DNA of 18,126 nucleotides from a bacterium (GTDB taxonomy: Bacteria; Eisenbacteria; RBG-16-71-46): assembly GCA_043779265.1 (NCBI GenBank), contig JAYWEM010000141.1:1-18126 (forward strand), in the 5' to 3' direction. Each line of letters starts with the position of its first letter. Within the stretch, counting starts at the first letter, position 1. The notes below the pieces were generated by a model, which was not told where the DNA came from, searched no databases, and was given only the letters and a program-made list of their open reading frames with translations. Shown one piece after another: positions 7,841 to 15,286 of this stretch. The translations under genes were made by a program, and so were the position numbers.

Positions 7841-7938
7841 GCTCAACCTCCGACGCCGCTCTCGCGGCGGGAACGCGAGGCGAGGCGCTCGCTTCAGCGC
7901 GCCGCCACGACCGGGATCCGAACCAAGTGGCGTGACGG

Positions 7939-10900
7939 CTAGCGCATCACCACCACGCGCCGGGTCATCTGCATGGCGCCGCGGGAGACTCGCACGAAGT
8001 AGAGACCCGCGGCAAGACGCTGGCCGCTCGCATCCATCCCGTCGAACGAGATTCGGTACTCGCCTGCCGGCTGGGGCCCGTCGAGCAGCGAGCGAACGCG
8101 CCGTCCGCTGGCATCGAACAGTGCGAGCCGGACCGGAGTCTCGGTGGCGGTCTCGGGCAATCGATAGCGAAGCAGCATGCGGCCATCGCGACTGGGATTC
8201 GGCCACGGGGCTGACAGCTCGAGCGTGAGCGGCGCGAGCCCGGGTGGGATGGCGACTGGCGGACCCTGGAAATGGGCCTGCGTCTGGCTCGCGATGTTCG
8301 AGAAGCAACTTGAGTCGGCGATCCCGTTGGCGACGACCGTGTAGGGCACGGCTCGCAGCCCAGCGACGAGCAGCCGCACGCTCTGCGCTCCAGCAAGGAG
8401 CGTGGCGCCCAGGACCGGCACGGCCTCGGTCGGATTGCCGGACTCATACACCGTGTAGCGAGTCGGCGTCTGCGCGCGCTGGGCGGAGAGGCGCTCCGAG
8501 AACCCCAGGACGAGCACGCTGTCGTAGCCGGCTGGTGTCACCGAGACGAGGGCCGGCGGGGTGCGGTCGATCGGATCGGGGACGCCGTCGCTGTTCGCAT
8601 CGAGCGGAATCAGGACCCGCCCATCGATCACCGGGAGGGCCGCACTCGTGTTGTTCGGCACCACATCGCCGCCCAGTTGCCCATTCGGCTCCGGGTCCCA
8701 GCACAGGGCGGCGGCCAGTCCCAGCGAGGCCCCGTTGGGCACTCGGCCGAGGCCCAGTCCATAGAGAACGCTCCAGGGAATAGCCAACTCGCTCCCACCG
8801 GAGAGCCCGTACTGATGTTGCGGGTCGAACGCGCGGAGCGTGGAGTCCGAGTAGTTCGCGGAGGTGGTGGGCGAGAGGATGCGATGGAAGGACTGCGAGT
8901 CGAAGGGACCCTGATGCTGGTAGGCGCCCAACTGCCAGTCCGGTCGGAAGCCCGGGGCCGTGAACGACGCGCCGCGCTCCCAGGCGTCGATGGCGGTCAG
9001 GTTCGTCTGGCCGTTCGGTCCGTTCGGATCGGTGTCGAGATAGAGGACCCACGAGTTGCCGGTGACGACTCCGCGCAGGCCGAGATAGAGGTAGGTGCTG
9101 TCCCATGTGGCATAGAGCGCGTGGATCTCGTTGGTGATTTCGCCCGGGCCCGCGTTCCACTGGGAGTCGAACGAGTCCGCCGCCGCGATCGCGCAGACCG
9201 GCCACTCGCTCGGGTCGAATCGACCGTCGAGGGTGATGAGCGTGGGCGGTCCGTACGACACCCTTACGTCACCGGTGTGGGTCAGCGTAGCGCAGAGATT
9301 GCCTGCGGCGTCCCGCACTGCACCGGCGGTGAGCAGCAGTTCGAGAGCATTCTTGTTCGGGAGCGCCTGGATCGCCGTGTGGGACGCCGACGAGATCGAC
9401 AGCGTCACGGTCGCCGCGTTGCCCGACGTCAGCACGCTACTCGCACCATCCAACGTGATCTCGGGGACGCCGTCGTTGTTCGAATCGATGCGGATCCCGG
9501 GAAGGGAGATCGTCGCGCTCTGGATCGGCTCGTCGAACGTCAGCGTCAATTGGCGCGTGGACGGGAAGTAGGTGCCCCGCACGGCCTCGGGAGCGAGTTG
9601 GTCGGTCAGGGAGGCTCGCAGCGCCTCGAGTTCGGCGATCTGACCGAAGCCATCGGGGGGCGAAGTCGCGCCGGCGAACAGGTAGAACTGGAACTTCTGC
9701 GTCCCGACGATCTCGTCGACCTTCATGAGCGTCGAGGTCGAGGCCGACTGGTGGCTCGCGCCTCCGGCACCCAGCACATAGGCCGCGGTCGCGCCCGTGT
9801 TCGGATTGCGCTGACCCATGTAGGTCTGCGGTCCGCCGCCCCAGACTCGCTCCATCTCGGCGTTGTAAAGCAGGTCGACGATGTCCGGGGAGAAGCCCGA
9901 CTGGATGTACTGCGTCTGCGTCCCGACGCGATAGACCACGTCGAGGTGCTTTGCTCCGGCAGTGAGCCGAACGGTCTTGCGCGTCGGGCCCCGCGACATC
10001 GTGGCCTGTACCGTGGAGCCGGTGGCGATGTCCACTTGCAGCGCGTACAGGTCGTTCTGCGTGTTGGGTCCGACATCCGAGAGCGCCGCGATGTGGTTCA
10101 CATCGTTGTAGTCGCCCTCGGTGCCCGCCCAATACGCGTTGTCGATCCCGACCACCGAGTACTCGTGCCCCGGGCCCTTGGCGAAGAGATGCGTGCAGCG
10201 GCCGCCGATGGATTCGAACATCCCGAACACGCGGTCATTGTGGATCGCCAGTTCCTGGATGCCGTCGCCGTCGAGATCGGCGAGGAACGCGCCCGTCATC
10301 TCGGTGTACAAGCCGCCCGCCCAGCGCGCAGCCTCGGCGTAGACGCTGGCGTTCTTGATGTGGGCGGAGTACTGGCGCTCCCAGCCGGAGATCGTTCCTC
10401 CGAGGTGGTCGTGCCAGCCGGTCTCATGCAGGTTGGTCATCAGCACGTACCAGCCGGTCTCGCGGATCTTGTTGTCCGGAGCGGCCTGTAGCGCGGCGTG
10501 CGCGTCGTTCCACAACTGTCCGTGATTGCGGCAGTTCCCGCCGCCGCCACAACCGCCATTGCCATCGCCGCCGGTCGAGAACGGCACGTAGCCGGCCCAG
10601 TCGCCGTACCACGCGTTGTTGTTGCCGCCGTAGCCCTGCGTACCGCCGATCGAGCTGTAGGTTCCATAGGTCGGCGTGAACGTGTCGCCGTTGAAGTCGC
10701 TGTTGGCGATCGCGGGGTCGAGCTTCCAGGTGTGGAGCCAGGCACTCTCGCTCTGGCATTTGCCGATCATCCAGTCGTACGTGTCGAGACCGAACGGGAA
10801 GACGCTCTCCCAGCCAGCCACTTCGGCGGCCATCTCCCAATCGTCGGCATAGACCGTGATCCGGTACTGGCCCACGCCGCTGTTGGCGAGATCGGTCAGG

Positions 10901-12126
10901 AGACCCAGTGCGCCGGCTCCATCGCCACTCAGGATCCTCCCGGTGAAGTCGCCGTCGCGCGGGATGATGCGCAGGCCGTTGCCCTGCAATGTGTGAATGC
11001 GGTTCTTGCTGTGGCCGGCGCAGTGCGGCCAGTCATCGAGCACCACCGCCTGGATGCCGTTGGCCTGCCAATGCGCACCCGACCAGTCGAGCACGCCCTG
11101 ATTCGGGAACGTGCCCGGATCCAGGAACACGCGCTCGGGTACCCATGCGACGCCGGGGTCATAGCCATAGCGGAAGGCCACCATGTCGTGATCGCGGTCG
11201 ATCGCCCACGCGTTCATCGGGCCCTGGAGGAACGGCATGATCGGCTGGCCGTAGGCCGAGCTCACCATGCCCGCCCAACCGGCAACCACTCCGGCGCGCA
11301 GCCAGCCATTGAAGTCGAGCGGGTCGCCGTTGTTGCGGCTCCACTCCGCGCTCGACTGCAGTAGCGCACTCAGATGGAAATTGCCCGGGATGTTGCGCTG
11401 CTCGTGGATGCGCAGCACCTCGTCGAAACCACTCGAGCCCTCGGCGCCCGGACGGCCCTTCAGCACATCGGTGTGAGCGAGTCCCTGATTGCCGTGATGG
11501 AGGAACGCGACATGCGTGGGCCCGGCGGGCATGGCCTTCGCGCGATCGATCGAGAGTCGATCGAGTTCGCGTCCGTCGGGCGTGTGCACGATCACGAGCA
11601 GCCGCTCGACGGGCACGCCCGCCGAGGGGAGCACGGCGGCGAGCCAGCCGTGCTCGAGATGGACAGCGCGCTGTTCGGGGGCGATCCCCTTCGCGCTCGT
11701 CCCTCGTGCGGGATCGCGGAGCGATGCCGTGTGCGCGGCCAGTTCGAGCGCTCGCGACCATGCGAAGGGAGAAACTCCCTTCAATGGACTCGGTAGCTCC
11801 CGTTGAAGAGCGGCGTCCTCATCGAGCAGGACGCTGACGCGCAGGTCCTGTTCGACGAAGTGACGCCGACCATCCTGGATGCCGATCGGCGCGACGAGGC
11901 TCACCCGAAGCGCGAGTGCCCCCGAGCTCTCGTCGCAGTAGACGGCGAGGATTCGGCCGGCCAGGCGTTCGGGCGAGTCCCCTTGGCGAGGCGTCGAGAC
12001 GGCGAGGACGGAGGCAGCGGGCCAAGCGGCCGTGGCCGAGAGCAGGCGCTCGGCTCGCGGTTCCGCCTCGGCCGAGGCGGGCACGGCTGTGGCGAGCAGG
12101 AGGATGAGCAGGAGGCTGCAGCGCAT
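7939..12126 (-). CDS. Secreted multidomain glycoside hydrolase family 57 protein (~1395 aa): GH57 catalytic region, beta-sandwich, Ig-like, CBM9/DOMON-like, Ig-like, FlgD-Ig/T9SS-like C-terminus
   Basis: ATG 12126 with GAGGG SD; MRCSLLLILLLATAVPASA signal peptide. GH57-like regions: FLHHGNQ, NFHLSALL, SSAYGQPIMPFL, AWVPERV (nucleophile Glu), YADDWE (acid/base Asp). Then DLDGDGIQELAIHNDR..GG, as in the C-terminal domain of GH57 4-alpha-glucanotransferases. C-terminus PWPNP...LFDASGRRVR...FDGMDASGQRLAAGLYFVR...RRVVVMR. Confidence 0.85.
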   Translation of the reverse strand: MRCSLLLILLLATAVPASAEAEPRAERLLSATAAWPAASVLAVSTPRQGDSPERLAGRILAVYCDESSGALALRVSLVAPIGIQDGRRHFVEQDLRVSVLLDEDAALQRELPSPLKGVSPFAWSRALELAAHTASLRDPARGTSAKGIAPEQRAVHLEHGWLAAVLPSAGVPVERLLVIVHTPDGRELDRLSIDRAKAMPAGPTHVAFLHHGNQGLAHTDVLKGRPGAEGSSGFDEVLRIHEQRNIPGNFHLSALLQSSAEWSRNNGDPLDFNGWLRAGVVAGWAGMVSSAYGQPIMPFLQGPMNAWAIDRDHDMVAFRYGYDPGVAWVPERVFLDPGTFPNQGVLDWSGAHWQANGIQAVVLDDWPHCAGHSKNRIHTLQGNGLRIIPRDGDFTGRILSGDGAGALGLLTDLANSGVGQYRITVYADDWEMAAEVAGWESVFPFGLDTYDWMIGKCQSESAWLHTWKLDPAIANSDFNGDTFTPTYGTYSSIGGTQGYGGNNNAWYGDWAGYVPFSTGGDGNGGCGGGGNCRNHGQLWNDAHAALQAAPDNKIRETGWYVLMTNLHETGWHDHLGGTISGWERQYSAHIKNASVYAEAARWAGGLYTEMTGAFLADLDGDGIQELAIHNDRVFGMFESIGGRCTHLFAKGPGHEYSVVGIDNAYWAGTEGDYNDVNHIAALSDVGPNTQNDLYALQVDIATGSTVQATMSRGPTRKTVRLTAGAKHLDVVYRVGTQTQYIQSGFSPDIVDLLYNAEMERVWGGGPQTYMGQRNPNTGATAAYVLGAGGASHQSASTSTLMKVDEIVGTQKFQFYLFAGATSPPDGFGQIAELEALRASLTDQLAPEAVRGTYFPSTRQLTLTFDEPIQSATISLPGIRIDSNNDGVPEITLDGASSVLTSGNAATVTLSISSASHTAIQALPNKNALELLLTAGAVRDAAGNLCATLTHTGDVRVSYGPPTLITLDGRFDPSEWPVCAIAAADSFDSQWNAGPGEITNEIHALYATWDSTYLYLGLRGVVTGNSWVLYLDTDPNGPNGQTNLTAIDAWERGASFTAPGFRPDWQLGAYQHQGPFDSQSFHRILSPTTSANYSDSTLRAFDPQHQYGLSGGSELAIPWSVLYGLGLGRVPNGASLGLAAALCWDPEPNGQLGGDVVPNNTSAALPVIDGRVLIPLDANSDGVPDPIDRTPPALVSVTPAGYDSVLVLGFSERLSAQRAQTPTRYTVYESGNPTEAVPVLGATLLAGAQSVRLLVAGLRAVPYTVVANGIADSSCFSNIASQTQAHFQGPPVAIPPGLAPLTLELSAPWPNPSRDGRMLLRYRLPETATETPVRLALFDASGRRVRSLLDGPQPAGEYRISFDGMDASGQRLAAGLYFVRVSRGAMQMTRRVVVMR

Positions 12127-12194
12127 GGAGGAGCCCTCGTGTCGGGTTCGATGGGGGGCGCAGCAGGAGCCACGCGTCGAGTTCGGTGAGGGCA

Positions 12195-12224
12195 AGTCTA
12201 ATGAGTGTGCCGGGTGGGTTTCAA
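12195..12224 (-). promoter_or_regulatory. Putative sigma70 promoter of the GH57-malEFG operon
   Basis: Minus strand TTGAAA (12224-12219), N18, TAGACT (12200-12195), about 70 nt upstream of ATG 12126. Confidence 0.6.
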
Positions 12225-12255
12225 CGCATCGATTCCCGCGGGCACGATGCTCGCC

Positions 12256-13107
12256 TCAGGGATCTCGCACGGCGACGACGCGAGCGAGGATCGGGCCCTC
12301 GTCCGGGCTCGGCTCCTCGTGGACCAGCACGCGCAAGTCCGGGAACGATCGTGCGATCTCGCCCGACTGGAAGAGGAAGCGCGGATGCTTCGGTCGACCG
12401 AAGCGCTCCTGCCCCTTGGCGTACGTCTCGTAGACCAGCATCCCGCCCGGCGCCACGGCGTCGGCGATCCACGGCAGGATGAGCCGATGCAGGAAGCGGA
12501 ACACCATCACCACGTCATGCTTCCCGGGCGAGGGAAGCGTGCGGCGCTCGAGATCCACGATGCGCGTGTGCAGCTGGACCTGCTCTCGCCGTGCGAGCGC
12601 CTCGGCGCGCTCCAGCGCCTCGGCTGCTCGATCCCATGCGTGAACCTCATAGCCACAAGATGCCATCCAGACGGATTCGCGGCCGGAGCCCGCCGCCAGG
12701 TCCAGCACGCTTCCCTTCGGAGTCAGCATCGGAGCGATGCGCTCGAGGAAGGGGGAGGGTCGCCACAGCCGCGCGGCGTGTGAGCGTGCCTCGTGTCCGC
12801 CCGGAATCGTGCCGAGCGGCGCATCGAGCCAGTGGACGTGCTGATAGCCGAGCGCGTGGAGCTCGTGCGCTGCGGCGCTCGCTTCGCTCGGATCGTCGTG
12901 CACGACGATCACCTGGGAGTCGCGCGCGGGGAGCTCGGCCCGGCGAGGCACGAACTCGTGTCGTCCGATCCGCCCGGCGCCCACGAGGTGCCCGGCCTCG
13001 AAGTCCGACTCGCCTCGCGTGTCGAGAACGGCTGCGCCTGCTTCGAGGCAGCGAACCGCTGCTCGGAGGTCGACGGCGATGGGTGGGGCCGAGTGGGCGG
13101 GAGTCAC
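12256..13107 (-). CDS. Rhodanese-like domain fused to class I SAM-dependent methyltransferase (TehB-like), ~283 aa
   Basis: Rhodanese N-terminal motif VLDTR...FEAGHLVGA. Methyltransferase motifs WRPSPFL, VLDLAAGSGRE..W.A..G..V.AWD, DVVMVFRFLHR, PGGMLVYETY. Start placed at GTG 13107 because a -10 box lies 6 nt upstream; start uncertain. Confidence 0.82.
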   Translation of the reverse strand: MTPAHSAPPIAVDLRAAVRCLEAGAAVLDTRGESDFEAGHLVGAGRIGRHEFVPRRAELPARDSQVIVVHDDPSEASAAAHELHALGYQHVHWLDAPLGTIPGGHEARSHAARLWRPSPFLERIAPMLTPKGSVLDLAAGSGRESVWMASCGYEVHAWDRAAEALERAEALARREQVQLHTRIVDLERRTLPSPGKHDVVMVFRFLHRLILPWIADAVAPGGMLVYETYAKGQERFGRPKHPRFLFQSGEIARSFPDLRVLVHEEPSPDEGPILARVVAVRDP

Positions 13108-13113
13108 CGGCTC

Positions 13114-13143
13114 ATCGTAGGTGGCCGCTCGGGGATGTGGAAA
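13114..13143 (-). promoter_or_regulatory. Putative promoter giving a leaderless methyltransferase mRNA
   Basis: Minus strand TACGAT (13119-13114) 6 nt before GTG 13107; weak -35 TTTCCA/TTCCAC 17-18 nt further upstream; no SD. Confidence 0.4.
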
Positions 13144-13148
13144 GCGCG

Positions 13149-13178
13149 TTGACCCCGCTGCGAGCGGGCGTCGATACT
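13149..13178 (+). promoter_or_regulatory. Putative sigma70 promoter for the TPR/GWxTD gene
   Basis: TTGACC (13149-13154), N18, GATACT (13173-13178) in the divergent intergenic region. Confidence 0.45.
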
Positions 13179-13243
13179 CCGGCCTGGCGGCCGGGCCCAG
13201 CGCGTTCACCTCTCACGATGTCCGAGGTCACAGCCCTCCTCGC

Positions 13244-15193
13244 ATGCGCCTGCCCAGCCTCGCTGCATCCGCTCTCGCCGTCTTTCTCGCGGTGCCCCTT
13301 CACGCCGCGACGGATCCGGCGCCACCGGGCTCGGATGCCGCGCGCGTGCTCGAGGCGGAGGCACTCCACACCCACGCGTTGAGGATGCTGGAGCGCCGAA
13401 CCATCGAGGCGAGGCGGACCGCGATCGCCGACCTCGAGCGGGCGACACTGCTCGATCCCGATCGCGCCGACCGCCAGTTGCTGCTGGCGCGCACGTACCT
13501 CCAGGCCGGCTTCCGGCGTCAGGCGATGCGCCGATTCGAGCGCGTCGTCGCGCTTTCGCCCGCCGAACCCGAGGCGCGCTTCGGCCTCGCGCAGGTGTGG
13601 AGACGCGATTGGCTCAAGTACCTCGAGCCGCGCTCGCTCGAGCGCGCCGTCGAGCACGCCAGCGTCGCCGTCAGACTCGACTCGATGCACGTCGAGGCGT
13701 GGTTGATGCTGAGTTCGCTCCTGGTCGAACGCGGGCACACGCGCCTCGCCGCCTCGGCGGCCGAGCGAGCGCTCGCTGCGGACCCGCAGCGGCCGGAGGC
13801 CTCGATCGCACTCGCCTCCGCGCGCTGGCGGATGGGCGAGGCGGAAGCGGCCGATCGTCTGTTCCGCGCGGCCATCCCGCGACTCCGGCGGATCGTCCGC
13901 GCCCGCTTCGAGGACCTCGCCCCGGTCGCCAGCGAACAGGACACGATGCTCTTCAATCGGCTCGATACGGAAGGGCAGTCGGAGTTCGCACGGCGTTTCT
14001 GGCGCGACCATGATCCGGACCTGGCGACCGATGTGAACGAGGCCCAACTCGAGTATTGGGCCCGAGTCGCCCAGGCGTACTTCCTGTTCTTCGATCCCAG
14101 GCGGCGCGAGTGGGACGAGCGCGGTGAGGTCTACGTCCGCTTCGGTCCGCCGCGGAAGGCCGACTACAACCCGGTCGGTCAGCGCCTCTCGCTGAGCGTG
14201 GGGAGCGCCTCGCAGGCGCTCTACCCACTCAATCTTCTGGTCTGGTCGTATCCCGAACTGGGGCTCACGGTGAATCTGCAGGACCGCCTGCTCTCGGAGT
14301 ACTACCAACGCCCGATCTCACTCGAGCGCGATCTCGATCCGCGGCCGGATCCCGATTCGCTCGCTCGGCGCGATCTCCTCGGAACGCCGTCCAATCGAGC
14401 CGTGTTCCCCAAGCGGCCACCCGGGACGCGATCGCTCCCGGTGCGGGGACAGGTGGCGGTGTTCGCGGGGGCCGGTTCGGCGCGGCTGTTCGCCGGGCTC
14501 GAGACCGATGCCGGGCCCGGGGACTCGCTGTGGGCGGAATGGGTCGTGCTCGACACGGCGCGGCAGGTGGTGCGGCGCGGTGGATCGAGCCTGTCGCCAT
14601 CGGCGTGCGAGCCGACGAGCGTGCGAGTCGCCGATTTCCTCGCCGAGGTCGCACCGGGTGACTACCAGGTCGGACTCTCGGTGCGTGCCGGCTTGGCGCG
14701 CGGAAGTGCTCGCCTGTCCGTCCGAGTCCCCGCCCCGGACTCGGGGTTGCGCGTGAGCGATCTCGTCGTGACGTGCGGTGCGCCGGAAGCTGCGCCCGCC
14801 TTCGTGCGCCTCGCCCCCAATCCTTCGGCTCGCGTGGTCTCCGGCGAACCCCTCACCGCCTACTTCGAGGTGACCGGACTGCGGCCGGCTCCGGATGGGA
14901 TGTCGCGATTCTCCTACGAGTACCTGATCCGCTCCGTGGATCGCGATCCGAGGGTGTGGATCCAGCGACTGCTCCAGCCGCGGCCCGCTCCGCCCTCCAT
15001 CTACGCCCGGCGCGAGGACGAGCACGCGGGCGACATCCGTCGCCAGTTCCTGCGGGTCCCGGTTCAATCCCTGCCGGACGGACGCTACCGACTCGAGATC
15101 CGGGTGCGCGACCTCGGTTCGGGCGAGGAGGTCCGGCGTTCCACGGAGTTCGAGCGGGCTGCGGCTGCACGGACTCGTGGGCCAGCCGGTTGA
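13244..15193 (+). CDS. Exported TPR-repeat + GWxTD-like domain protein (~649 aa)
   Basis: MRLPSLAASALAVFLAVPLHA signal peptide; TPR-like helices (AIADLERATLLDP, FERVVALSP, AERALAADP). FWRDHDPDLATDVNEAQLEYWARVAQAYFLF...WDERGEVYVRFGPP matches the GWxTD family core. C-terminal beta domains include LRVSDLVV...PNP...AYFEV. Confidence 0.82.
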   Translation: MRLPSLAASALAVFLAVPLHAATDPAPPGSDAARVLEAEALHTHALRMLERRTIEARRTAIADLERATLLDPDRADRQLLLARTYLQAGFRRQAMRRFERVVALSPAEPEARFGLAQVWRRDWLKYLEPRSLERAVEHASVAVRLDSMHVEAWLMLSSLLVERGHTRLAASAAERALAADPQRPEASIALASARWRMGEAEAADRLFRAAIPRLRRIVRARFEDLAPVASEQDTMLFNRLDTEGQSEFARRFWRDHDPDLATDVNEAQLEYWARVAQAYFLFFDPRRREWDERGEVYVRFGPPRKADYNPVGQRLSLSVGSASQALYPLNLLVWSYPELGLTVNLQDRLLSEYYQRPISLERDLDPRPDPDSLARRDLLGTPSNRAVFPKRPPGTRSLPVRGQVAVFAGAGSARLFAGLETDAGPGDSLWAEWVVLDTARQVVRRGGSSLSPSACEPTSVRVADFLAEVAPGDYQVGLSVRAGLARGSARLSVRVPAPDSGLRVSDLVVTCGAPEAAPAFVRLAPNPSARVVSGEPLTAYFEVTGLRPAPDGMSRFSYEYLIRSVDRDPRVWIQRLLQPRPAPPSIYARREDEHAGDIRRQFLRVPVQSLPDGRYRLEIRVRDLGSGEEVRRSTEFERAAAARTRGPAG

Positions 15194-15286
15194 GGGGTGC
15201 GTGAATCAGATGTTCAGACGCCGATCCGATGCGTCGATAACGCTGCCTGAGCCACTCGGCAATCCGACCCTTCACCCCGTCTGCCC

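Noticed and set aside
7841..8308. N-terminal extension of the 562-aa SBP ORF
   Set aside because: Overlaps the GH57 3' end out of frame; SD and lipoprotein signal begin at 7840.
10520..10635. Low-complexity GCC/GTT runs as a DNA tandem repeat
   Set aside because: Explained by Gly/Asn codons within the GH57 reading frame; no regular repeat unit.
8677..11364. Long plus-strand ORFs (604 aa, 288 aa) opposite the GH57 gene, and similar antisense ORFs elsewhere
   Set aside because: Typical stop-poor antisense frames of high-GC coding DNA; no recognisable motifs.
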